Assembly (NCBI GenBank): GCA_963847705.1
Contig: CAWKBC010000017.1
Span: 224,001 to 288,000, forward strand
Source of the DNA: an uncultured Pseudomonadota bacterium
Lineage (GTDB): Bacteria; Myxococcota_A; Polyangia; Fen-1088
Length of the DNA: 64,000 nt
Reading direction: 5' to 3'
Positions within the stretch are counted from its first letter, which is position 1. Each line of letters begins with the position of its first letter. Both the position numbers and the translations under genes were made by a program. The notes beneath the pieces are model-generated. The model ran no database searches. It was not told the DNA's origin and saw only the letters and a list, made by a program, of their open reading frames with translations. Below are positions 49,428 to 58,257 of the stretch, piece after piece.

Positions 49428-50216
49428 ATGCCGTCGAGGATGCGCCCCCTTCTCGCCGCCGCGCTGGGCCTTGCTCTCCTCGCCGTCGCCGCTCCGGCCG
49501 CCCAGGCCCGCGCGCGGGTCACCATCCCGGAGTTCCTGCTCGAAGGAGGTGCCCCGGCGCTCAGCAACCAGCTGCAGGACGGCTTCGTGCTCGGCCTCGT
49601 CCGCGCCGGAATCCAGGTGCTCGATCCGGGCGACACCGCGCACAAGCTGGAGGCGCACCCCGAGCTCGCGCACTGCGATGCCTCCCCCTGCCTCAAGTCG
49701 ATCGGCCAGGTGCTCGACGTCGGCTACATCGTGCGGGTGAAGATCGAGGTCGCCGGAAACAGCTACAAGAGCGTGGCCCGGCTCTTCTCCACCGAAGGGG
49801 CGGCGCCTGCTGCTCTCCCCATCGCCACCGAATCGAAGAGCTGCGACGTCTGCACCGTCGCCGAGGCGCGCGCGACGATGTTGCGCCTGGCGGACGCCGT
49901 CCGCTCCCACATCGACGAGGCGGCGCCGCTCCCGGCCCCCGTGGCGCCGCCGCCCCCCCCGCCGGCGCCCCGCCTGGTCGGTCCGGCGGTGCTGGCGATG
50001 GTCGGCGCGCTGGCCGTCGCCGCCGGCGCCGCCGTGCTCGCCTCGCAGGCGAGCTGCACGGCGACCGATTGCTCGGCGAACCGGTCGCGCAACGTCGGCG
50101 GCGGTGTCCTCATCGGCACCGGCGCGGCGCTGACCCTGACCGGCGCCTACGTGACGATCGTGCGCGGCCGCGGCGGCGACCCGGTGACCGGGGCTGCCGT
50201 CGGCTGGCGCTGGTGA
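49428..50216 (+). CDS. Hypothetical exported/membrane protein
   Basis: Signal peptide, CxxxxC, poly-Pro linker, C-terminal hydrophobic hairpin. Confidence 0.65.
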   Translation: MPSRMRPLLAAALGLALLAVAAPAAQARARVTIPEFLLEGGAPALSNQLQDGFVLGLVRAGIQVLDPGDTAHKLEAHPELAHCDASPCLKSIGQVLDVGYIVRVKIEVAGNSYKSVARLFSTEGAAPAALPIATESKSCDVCTVAEARATMLRLADAVRSHIDEAAPLPAPVAPPPPPPAPRLVGPAVLAMVGALAVAAGAAVLASQASCTATDCSANRSRNVGGGVLIGTGAALTLTGAYVTIVRGRGGDPVTGAAVGWRW

Positions 50217-50220
50217 ACGC

Positions 50221-50251
50221 GGGACGATGGGACGATGGGACGATGGGACGA
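50221..50251 (+). repeat. Intergenic 8-bp tandem repeat (GGGACGAT)x~4
   Basis: gggacgatgggacgatgggacgatgggacga, directly before an AAGGAG RBS. Confidence 0.85.
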
Positions 50252-50263
50252 AAAGGAGCGGCG

Positions 50264-50680
50264 ATGACCAGAACCGGCGGGGCGATGAGCGTGACGGCAA
50301 CTTCGGTCCTGGCCGCGGCGCTGTGCGGGGCGATCAGCTGTGGCGGCGTCTCGACGGATGACGTCACGTCGGCGCGGAATCAGGCGACCACCGCCAGCTG
50401 CAACTACTACAAGATGTGCAACCAGATCGGACCTGGCCTCTCGGGCGGTGACACGCTGGCCGACTGCATGACCACGGTCCTCGGCCAGTGGACCAACGGG
50501 TGGCCGACCACCACCTGCCAGGGGCACGTCGATCAGTCGAAGCTGACGATCTGCCTCGACGCCATCAACTCGACCACCGACTGCAGCGGCATCGGGGCGC
50601 TGTTGGCGCTGAGCAAATGCTCGTCGGCGAGCGTCTGCTCGGCCGGCGTGGTCCCCGCTCCCGACGCCGCCACGGACTGA
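50264..50680 (+). CDS. Small Cys-rich lipoprotein
   Basis: AAGGAG RBS; lipobox AISC; many Cys in the mature part. Confidence 0.75.
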   Translation: MTRTGGAMSVTATSVLAAALCGAISCGGVSTDDVTSARNQATTASCNYYKMCNQIGPGLSGGDTLADCMTTVLGQWTNGWPTTTCQGHVDQSKLTICLDAINSTTDCSGIGALLALSKCSSASVCSAGVVPAPDAATD

Positions 50681-50685
50681 ACGGC

Positions 50686-52019
50686 TCAGCCGACGTCAAT
50701 CGAGGCGCCGAGCGCGCCCAGCGTCTCGGCGAAGGTCGGGAACGACGTGCCGATGTCGGCGGTGGGGACGGTGGTCTCGTCGGCGCCCGTGAGGCCCAGG
50801 ATCGCGCCGGCCATCGCGATGCGGTGGTCGTGCTCGGGGACGACCGCGCCGCCGGCGGGCGGGCGGCCCGCCAGACCCTCGACGACGAATCCGTCCGGAT
50901 GCTCCTGGACGCGCGCGCCGGCGCGTCCGAGCTCACGCGCGAGGGCGGCGATCCGGTCCGATTCCTTGATGCGCAGCTCGGCCAGATCGGCGAACGTCGT
51001 CTCCCCCTCGGCGCTCGCCGCTGCCACCGCCAGCGCGGGGATCTCGTCGATGGCCCGCAGCGCCAGCTCGCCGGCCACCCGGGTGCCGCGCAGCGTGCTG
51101 GCCCGGGCGCGCACCCGGCCGACCGGCTCCCCCATCGCCTCGGCCACCGGCTCGATGGTCAGGTCGGCGCCCATCGCGCGGAGCACGTCCAGCGCCCCGG
51201 CGCGCGTCGGGTTGAGCCCCACATTTTCGATCACCACGTCGCTGCCGGGGACGACCAGCGCCGCGACGATCAGGAACATCGCCGACGACAGATCGCCCGG
51301 GATGGTCAGCGCCGTGGCCTCGAGGCGGCCATTCCAGCCGGCCGGATCGACGACGATCTCGCCGCTGGCCAGGGTGGTGATGGGCGCGCCGAGAAATCCC
51401 AGCATGCGTTCGGTGTGATCGCGCGAGCGGGCCGGCTCGCGCAACACCGTTCGCCCGCGCGCCTGCAGCGCGGCCAGGATGAGCGCGCTCTTGAGCTGGG
51501 CGCTGGCGACCTTCAGCTGGTGCTCGATGCCGACGAGCGCGCCGCCGCGGACGCGCAGCGGCGGGTAGACGTCGCCCGGTCGCGCCGGATCGCTGCGCCC
51601 GTCGATGGTCGCCCCCATCTGGCGCAGCGGCGCCGCCACCCGCCCCATCGGCCTCCGGGTCAGCGAGGCGTCGCCCATCATCTCGGTCTCGAACGGCCGC
51701 CCGGCCAGGAGGCCCAGGAGGAGGCGGATGGTCGTCCCGGAGTTGCCGCAGTCGAGCGCCTCGGCCGCTTCGTGCAGCCCGGCGAATCCGACGCCGGCGA
51801 TGCGCGCCTGACCGGCCTCCAGCTGGACGTCGACGCCGAGGGCCCGCAGCGCCGCCGCCGTCGACAGGTTGTCCCCCCCTGCCCGAGGCCGCTCGCCTCG
51901 ACGACGCCGTCGCAGAGCGCGCCGAACAGGAGCGCACGGTGGGAGATCGACTTGTCGCCGGGGACCCGGCAGCTGCCGCGCAGCGGTCCCGAGCGGCGGA
52001 CGTGGAGCGAGGACGACAT
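50686..52019 (-). CDS. aroA: EPSP synthase (1-nt frameshift in a G/C homopolymer at 51873-51879)
   Basis: [49 protein letters not shown]. Confidence 0.93.
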
Positions 52020-52042
52020 CGCCGGATTGACTACCACGAGAA

Positions 52043-53083
52043 TCAATGGCGCGCGGCGGCGACCATCTGCAGGATCGCCAGCAGCTTGTCGGCCAGCCCC
52101 TCGCGCCGCTCGGCCGGGACCCGGAGGTGGCCGTGCACGCGCGTCCCTTCGGCCGTGACCACCACCGCCTGGAGGATGGGTCCGAAGCCCAGCATCCGGA
52201 CCATCGGGTTCTGGGCGTACTGCCGGACCTCCACGTTGCCGGCGATCATGGCGGCGGCCGCGTCCTGGGCGTTGTCCATCACCCCGACGACGTCCAGGTT
52301 CAGGTCGTCGGCGAGATCGAGGCGGGCGGCGCAGATGGCCAGCCCGGGCGGCAGCTCGACGACCCCGGCCGCCCGCGCCCGCATGCCGTCGGTGACGTTG
52401 AGCGCGATGAAGACGACCGGACCTGAGTTGTTGGCCGGGTGGTCGGCATCGAGCGAGCGCCGCAACGTGCCGAGCGGGACGGTGCGGGCGTCCGGGACCA
52501 TCCCCCAGGCGGCGTCGATCGCGCCGCGGACCTGGTTCGCCTCCCCCTGCACCAGCGTGCGGGGGGTGACCAGCGCGACAGCCTGGGCACCGTTCGCCCC
52601 TTGCCCTTCCCACAGCGGACTGTCGCGCCAGCGGCCCGCGGTCGCGCCGGGGGTCGCGGCCATGAACGCCGCCCCGACGCGGGCTGGGTCGAACGTCCCT
52701 CGGACGATGGTCAAGGTGCGCGGAACGCCGCCGGCCTCCGTCATGACCGCCAGCAGACGCTCGCTCTCGCCGAAGATGTCGTAACCGAAGAGGCGACGCC
52801 CCTCCTCCCGCTGGCCAGAGAGGCCGCTTTCGGTGAGCGAGTGCGACCAGGGGGAGGCACGCAGCGCGGCCAGGTCGACCTCCGCCAGCGCGTCGGCGCT
52901 GGCCGGCGCCAGGTTCCAGAGATCGCTGTCGTCGGGGGCGGTGCGGGGACCGGCTTCTGCGGCCGGCGTCGCGGGCGACTGCTGCGGCATCAGATCGGCG
53001 CAGCCGGGCGCCAGCAACGCCGCAAACGCTCCCGCCAGGAGCGGCAGCCGCAAGACCAGACGCCGACGCGGACGATGCTTCAT
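52043..53083 (-). CDS. Hypothetical lipoprotein
   Basis: Lipobox APGC; 346 aa, between tyrA and aroA. Confidence 0.65.
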   Translation of the reverse strand: MKHRPRRRLVLRLPLLAGAFAALLAPGCADLMPQQSPATPAAEAGPRTAPDDSDLWNLAPASADALAEVDLAALRASPWSHSLTESGLSGQREEGRRLFGYDIFGESERLLAVMTEAGGVPRTLTIVRGTFDPARVGAAFMAATPGATAGRWRDSPLWEGQGANGAQAVALVTPRTLVQGEANQVRGAIDAAWGMVPDARTVPLGTLRRSLDADHPANNSGPVVFIALNVTDGMRARAAGVVELPPGLAICAARLDLADDLNLDVVGVMDNAQDAAAAMIAGNVEVRQYAQNPMVRMLGFGPILQAVVVTAEGTRVHGHLRVPAERREGLADKLLAILQMVAAARH

Positions 53084-53105
53084 CGAAGGTCTCGTGCGTG
53101 CGGCG

Positions 53106-53996
53106 CTAGCCCGGCACGAGCCGGTCGCGTCCGAGCTTCCCGGCCTCGAGCAGCTGCTCGATCCGTTTCCCGTCGCCGGCGGCGATGGCCGCGCGCAGCG
53201 TCTCGATCTGCTCCACCAGCGCCTCCACCAGCGGGAGCACCTCGGCGCGGTTGTCGAGGAAGATGTCGCGCCACATGACGGGGCTGGAGGCGGCGACGCG
53301 GGTGGTGTCGCGCAGGCTGGGGGTCGGCAGCCGCCGCAGCCCCTCGATCACGTCGCCGGAGATGGCGCCCAGCGTGGCGGCCAGCGCGTAGGCCGCCACA
53401 TGCGGCAGGTGGCTCCCGGCGCCGAGCACGCGATCGTGCAGCGCGGCGTCCATGCGCACGGTCTCGGCGCCGAGCGCGGTCCAGAGGCGCTCGATCGTCG
53501 CGACGGACGCCTCGCGGCTGGCGGCCGTCGGACAGAGGACGCAGCGCTTCCCTTCGAACAGCAACGGGCTGGCGGCATCGGGGCCGACCCGTTCGGTCCC
53601 GGCGATGGGATGGCAGGCGACGAACGCGCCCGGCGGCAGCTTGGGCTCGACCGCGGCGATGGCGGTCGCCTTCACCGACCCCACGTCGATGACGATGGCG
53701 TGCGGGTCGAGCGCCGGCGCGATCTCGGCGGCGATCTCGCCCAGGCTGCGGACGGGGGTGGCCAGCACCACCAGCGCCGCGCCCCGCGCCGCCTCGGCCG
53801 CCGAGCTGGCCGAGCGATCGATGATCCCCAGCGCCTGCGCGCGCTCCAGCTTTTCGCGCGTCCGGCTCCAGGCCACCACCTCGGTGACGGCACCGGCGGC
53901 GCGCGCGGCCAGCGCGACCGAGCCGCCGATCTGCCCGGCGCCCATCACCGCCATGCGGCCGAGCGCGGGACCGGACCAGCGCCGCTGGGTGCTCAT
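53106..53996 (-). CDS. tyrA: Prephenate/arogenate dehydrogenase
   Basis: GAGQIGGS, DVGSVK, HPIAGTE, HD...SHLPH, RDTTRVA. Confidence 0.92.
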   Translation of the reverse strand: MSTQRRWSGPALGRMAVMGAGQIGGSVALAARAAGAVTEVVAWSRTREKLERAQALGIIDRSASSAAEAARGAALVVLATPVRSLGEIAAEIAPALDPHAIVIDVGSVKATAIAAVEPKLPPGAFVACHPIAGTERVGPDAASPLLFEGKRCVLCPTAASREASVATIERLWTALGAETVRMDAALHDRVLGAGSHLPHVAAYALAATLGAISGDVIEGLRRLPTPSLRDTTRVAASSPVMWRDIFLDNRAEVLPLVEALVEQIETLRAAIAAGDGKRIEQLLEAGKLGRDRLVPG

Positions 53997-54095
53997 GCGC
54001 GTGCACCTTCATGATGGGGGGCCATCGCGGCGAAAGTTACCGGTTGTCGTTCGTAACCGCAACGACATTGGCCCGTATAATGGGGACGAGATCGC

Positions 54096-55304
54096 ATGAA
54101 CGGCGGCGCCCACCCCAGTCTGCTCTTCGCGCTCGGCTACGGCGTCCTGACGGCGCTCACGCCCTGCGTCTACCCGATGATTCCCATCACCGTCAGCATC
54201 TTCGGCGCCAAGGCCGGCGTGCCGCGCGGGCGGGCGCTGGCGCTGGCGACCGCCTACGTCGTCGGGATCGCGGCGATGTTCGGAACGCTCGGCACGACCT
54301 TCGGACTTCTGGGACGCGCGTTCGGGACCTTCCTGGCCAACCCCTGGGTGATCGTGCCGCTGGCGCTCTTCTTCTTCGCGATGGGGCTGTCGATGTTCGG
54401 GGCCTTCGAGGTGGCGCTGCCGTCGGGGCTGCAGGGGCGACTGGCGCGCGTCGGCGGCCGCGGCTTTCTGGGCGCGTTCGGGATGGGGCTGGTCGCCGGG
54501 ATCATCGCCGCCCCCTGCACCGGCCCGCCGCTGGCGTCGCTCCTGGCCTACGTGGCCACCACGCGGAACGCCTCCTGGGGCTTCCTGCTGCTGGCGACCT
54601 ATGGCGCCGGCGTGGGGCTGCCGTTCTGGTTGCTGGCTGGCTTCTCGATGTCGCTGCCGCGCCCCGGCCGCTGGATGGAGTGGGTGAAGAGCGTGTTCGG
54701 AATCGCGCTCTTCGCGGCGGCGCTCTACTACCTCAAGAACGTCGTCCCCCAGCTGGCGCGGTTCGGCTCGGGGACGCCCGGCTTCGCGCTCACCATGGCG
54801 GCGCTGGTGCTGGTGGGCGTGGGGCTCGGCGCGGTGCACGCCAGCTTCCATGGGAGCGCGGCCGAGCGGGTGCGCAAGGCGCTGGCCGTGGGCCTGGCGA
54901 CGATCGGGCTCTTCGGGGCCACCAACTATCTGCTGGCCCCAAAAGGGGACGTGAAGCTGGCCTGGCTCTCCGACGAGCCGGCCGCGGTGACAGCGGCGCG
55001 GGCGGCCGGCCGCCCGTTGCTGGTCGACTTCGCCGCCAGCTGGTGCGTCCCCTGCCGCGAGTTCGAGGTGAAGGTCTTCTCGCGCCCCGACGTCGCCGCG
55101 GCCATGCAGCGCTTCACGCTCCTGCGCGTCGACGTCTCCCGCGAGGACGAAGACGCCGCGCTCGGCGCGATCAAGCGCAAGTACGGCACCGACACCCTCC
55201 CCGCCATCCGCATCCTCTCCTCCGACGGCGCGCTCGTCGCCAAGACCGACACGCTGGTCTCGCCCGAGGAGTTCCTGGCGCTGCTGGCGCGAGCTGCGCC
55301 TTGA
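54096..55304 (+). CDS. DsbD/CcdA transmembrane domain fused to a thioredoxin domain
   Basis: TPCVYPMIP, APCTGP, PGRWME, DFAASWCVPC. Confidence 0.88.
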   Translation: MNGGAHPSLLFALGYGVLTALTPCVYPMIPITVSIFGAKAGVPRGRALALATAYVVGIAAMFGTLGTTFGLLGRAFGTFLANPWVIVPLALFFFAMGLSMFGAFEVALPSGLQGRLARVGGRGFLGAFGMGLVAGIIAAPCTGPPLASLLAYVATTRNASWGFLLLATYGAGVGLPFWLLAGFSMSLPRPGRWMEWVKSVFGIALFAAALYYLKNVVPQLARFGSGTPGFALTMAALVLVGVGLGAVHASFHGSAAERVRKALAVGLATIGLFGATNYLLAPKGDVKLAWLSDEPAAVTAARAAGRPLLVDFAASWCVPCREFEVKVFSRPDVAAAMQRFTLLRVDVSREDEDAALGAIKRKYGTDTLPAIRILSSDGALVAKTDTLVSPEEFLALLARAAP

Positions 55305-55311
55305 TTCGGCC

Positions 55312-55935
55312 CTAATATCCGAGGTGAAAGGTGAGCGTTCCCAGACCGGCCACCTGGTAGCCCGACGAGTGGTCCTGGGCGGAGCTCGAGTTCACCACGT
55401 CGCCATCGAAGAAGTAGTGGTAGCCGAAGGTCCCCTTGGCGCCGACGGCGATGAAGGGGTTGAAGTAGTACTCGTAACCGATGCTGGCGTTGGCGACGAC
55501 GCCCTTCGCCGAGACCTGGCTGTCGTTGAGTGGCGGGTTGACCGGCCCCGGTGTACCGAATCCGAAGCCGCCCGCGATCTCGGGCTCGAGCACGTTCTGA
55601 CTCTGCCCGTCGGGGAGCTTGGCCTGCCCCAGCGGGATGTCGACCTCGGTTCCGAGCAGGAACTGAACGAGCGTGCCCGCCGCCCCCGAGCTGTTGAAGG
55701 TCTGAAAAAAGTTCGTCGAGAAGTCGAAGACCAGCAGCTTCAGTCCGAGGTTGAACCCCACACCACCGCCGCGCGTGGTGTCGAAGAAGTCGGGCGTATT
55801 CGGCGTGGTCCCCCACCCGGTCATGCCGCCGGCCGTGGCCCCCGCGTAGAGATCGATGAGCCGCGCCTGCGCGGGCCGCGCCGCCCAGAGCGAACCGCCG
55901 AGGACGATCGCCAGCAGCAGCGCGGAGCGCCTCAT
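55312..55935 (-). CDS. Outer-membrane beta-barrel-like protein
   Basis: Signal peptide AQA; aromatic alternating strands; ends TFHLGY. Confidence 0.65.
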   Translation of the reverse strand: MRRSALLLAIVLGGSLWAARPAQARLIDLYAGATAGGMTGWGTTPNTPDFFDTTRGGGVGFNLGLKLLVFDFSTNFFQTFNSSGAAGTLVQFLLGTEVDIPLGQAKLPDGQSQNVLEPEIAGGFGFGTPGPVNPPLNDSQVSAKGVVANASIGYEYYFNPFIAVGAKGTFGYHYFFDGDVVNSSSAQDHSSGYQVAGLGTLTFHLGY

Positions 55936-56696
55936 GTCGGTTGTCCCAGCAGCGCCTCGATGCGTTCCCGATCGAACCCCAGCAGCAGGCGTCCGCGCAC
56001 GTCGATCACCGGCACGCGGTCGGTCGGGATCCCCATCTTGCTCGCCTTGTCGGCGAGCTCCTGGGCGGCGCTGGGGTCACGCTCGATGTCTTTGTCGGCG
56101 AACGGAATCTTGTGCGCCGTCATGTATTCGCGCGCGGCGCGACAGGCGCCGCACCACGAGGTCCCGTAGATCGTCACCACCGGCGTCGCACCGGGGGGGA
56201 CCGTGCCGCCCGGCGGGGTGGAGGGCGCTCCGCTGGGCGCGGGCGCCGGCGGAGGTGCCGCCTGTCGCCCCGCGAGCGGCGACGACTCGCCGCCCGGCAG
56301 CGCCGCCAGGGCCGCGGTCTCGAAGGCCTCGCGCGACATCGCCTTCGCCGACGATTTCCCGCCGGCCAGCAGCTCGCCGACGTTGGTGACGTAGACCCGA
56401 TCGGCGCCGCCCTTCATCTGGTCGGTCGGCTCGATCACCCGCACGAGGCCGCGCGAGGACTCGGGGATCGTCTCCGGTTTGTCCGTGGTGGCGAAGGTGC
56501 CGGCAGGCTCCGCGTAGGTGAAGAGCCAGCGGCCGCCCTTCAGGACCTCGATCGTCGCCGGCGCGCCGGCCGCAGCCGGGGCAATGTCTGGAGCCGCGCG
56601 ATGACAGCCGGCCCCGAGCACCACCCCTGCCAGCACGCCCACCCACACGGACAGAGGGCCGTTCAAACGACGCCCGTGGACGAAGCGAGAACGCAT
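55932..56696 (-). CDS. Glutaredoxin/NrdH-domain lipoprotein
   Basis: Lipobox GAGC; YGTSWCGAC, VPVIDV, GFD. Confidence 0.85.
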   Translation of the reverse strand: MRSRFVHGRRLNGPLSVWVGVLAGVVLGAGCHRAAPDIAPAAAGAPATIEVLKGGRWLFTYAEPAGTFATTDKPETIPESSRGLVRVIEPTDQMKGGADRVYVTNVGELLAGGKSSAKAMSREAFETAALAALPGGESSPLAGRQAAPPPAPAPSGAPSTPPGGTVPPGATPVVTIYGTSWCGACRAAREYMTAHKIPFADKDIERDPSAAQELADKASKMGIPTDRVPVIDVRGRLLLGFDRERIEALLGQPT

Positions 56697-56796
56697 GCGA
56701 GCAGTCTAGCAGGCGCGGCCACCGCGCGCGCGTGACGAAGACCGGGCGAAATCGGGTGAGCGGGAGGCGCGGCACCCTTTGAGGGCCCCGAATCCA

Positions 56797-57306
56797 TCAA
56801 TTGACGGGGACCAGCTCCTCGCCGTCGCGCCCGCAGAAGGTGGCCTCACTCTCGTACCGCCGCGAGCAGTTGGGGCAAATCTTTCCCAGGCCGCCCGCGA
56901 ACGCCACCGCGCCGGCCGGATCGCCCGCCCCCATGGCGAGCGGCAGCGGGACCAGCTCCTCGCCGTCCAACGCGCAGAACCTCTTCCCGGCGTCGTAGGA
57001 ACGCCTGCAGGTCGGGCAGGTGGAGCCCGCACCTGCCGCCCGGGCCGCCGGATCGTTGGCCGGAACGAGATCGCGGGCGTCGTGGGGGCAGAACCGCAAG
57101 CCCGGGGCGTAGTCGCGATGGCAGGCCGGGCAGACCATGGCCTGGGGCCGCGGCGCCAGCTCCCGCGGCACGGCGGGGAGCTCGGCGCGCGCTTCACCGC
57201 CGCTCGCGCGGCGCTTCGCGCGCAGGTAGGGGCGGACGGCATACCCGATCAAGGTCAGCGCCAGCGCAGCCACCGCCGCAAACAGTGCAATCTCGACGAG
57301 CTGCAT
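56797..57306 (-). CDS. Membrane-anchored protein with three zinc-ribbon repeats
   Basis: N-terminal TM segment; 3x CPxC-x3-Y-x5-FCxxD-x3-LVP. Confidence 0.75.
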   Translation of the reverse strand: MQLVEIALFAAVAALALTLIGYAVRPYLRAKRRASGGEARAELPAVPRELAPRPQAMVCPACHRDYAPGLRFCPHDARDLVPANDPAARAAGAGSTCPTCRRSYDAGKRFCALDGEELVPLPLAMGAGDPAGAVAFAGGLGKICPNCSRRYESEATFCGRDGEELVPVN

Positions 57307-57390
57307 CGACCGGGGACCTCGAACCTAACAAAACCGCGACGGAGGGAAAAGGGGCTCGAAAAGGGACCCCGATCGACCGGGCGCCCGCAG

Positions 57391-57990
57391 CTATTTCTTC
57401 TTCCGGTGCTTCTCGTTCATCGGGCCGTGGTTCCCGAGGGAGAGCTTCAACACGGCCTGATCGACCGCCTGCTTGATGGCGTCCTTGACGACGTCCTTGG
57501 TCGTGTCGGCCGTGTCGGCGGCCAGGCGTCGCTCGGAGACCTCGGCCTCGCTCCCCGACTGGCCATCGCCGCTGAAGGCCAGCTTGGCGTCGGGGATGGT
57601 CGTGCCGAACACCGTCAGCTGGACCTCCACGGCCAGCTGCTTGTTGCGCGCCCCTGGCTTGGGATCCTTCACCTCTTGCTTGAGCTCTTCGATCCGGGCA
57701 GTGACGTCGAACCCGCGCAGGTTGCGCTTCTTGAGCTCCCCCACCAGCGCCGTCCGATCGGTCCCCGGCGCGGCCGCCCCCGCGGGACCGATGTCCGAGG
57801 CCCACTCGGGACGCGACGCCAGCTCCGCCTTCAAGGCCTCGCTGGTGTATTTCTTGAGCTCGGCGTCGACCTCCGGGCCGGCCTTGACCGGCTGAAGCTG
57901 GAAGTAATACTTGGGGGCCGCCGGAGCCGGGAGCGCCCGGAGCGTCACGGTCGCCAGCGCCGCGGCCAGCGCCCATGTCCATCGCGTCAT
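57391..57990 (-). CDS. Hypothetical exported protein
   Basis: MTRWTWALAAAL signal peptide; natural residue composition. Confidence 0.7.
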   Translation of the reverse strand: MTRWTWALAAALATVTLRALPAPAAPKYYFQLQPVKAGPEVDAELKKYTSEALKAELASRPEWASDIGPAGAAAPGTDRTALVGELKKRNLRGFDVTARIEELKQEVKDPKPGARNKQLAVEVQLTVFGTTIPDAKLAFSGDGQSGSEAEVSERRLAADTADTTKDVVKDAIKQAVDQAVLKLSLGNHGPMNEKHRKKK

Positions 57991-58011
57991 GTCGCCTGTA
58001 TACTGCCCCCG

Positions 58012-58161
58012 ATGTCGGCTCGGCCCAAGGATAAATCCGCGGCGGCGCCCGCGGAGCGAGATCGGGTTTCGCTGGTCGTGGCCTGCGGAATCACGGCGTT
58101 GACGGCGGGTGGAATCCTGGCGATCTTCTCGGCGCCGCTTCTGGCGCTGCTGGGCCGGTAG
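58012..58161 (+). CDS. Small hydrophobic protein (49 aa), possibly pilin-like
   Basis: MSARPKDKSAAAPAERDRVSLVVACGITALTAGGILAIFSAPLLALLGR; upstream of the CpaF-like gene. Confidence 0.4.
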   Translation: MSARPKDKSAAAPAERDRVSLVVACGITALTAGGILAIFSAPLLALLGR

Positions 58162-58257
58162 CCTGAGCGCGGCCGCTGGCGATTCTTGACCCTGGGAATC
58201 GTCGAGAATAACGTCGCGAGGCGCCGTTTCTGTGGTTGAACCCCTTCCCGAGGCTCC

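Noticed and set aside
51873-51879. Phase variation or programmed frameshift in the aroA G-tract
   Set aside because: A single missing base in a homopolymer, in an assembly with other indels, is more simply a sequencing error
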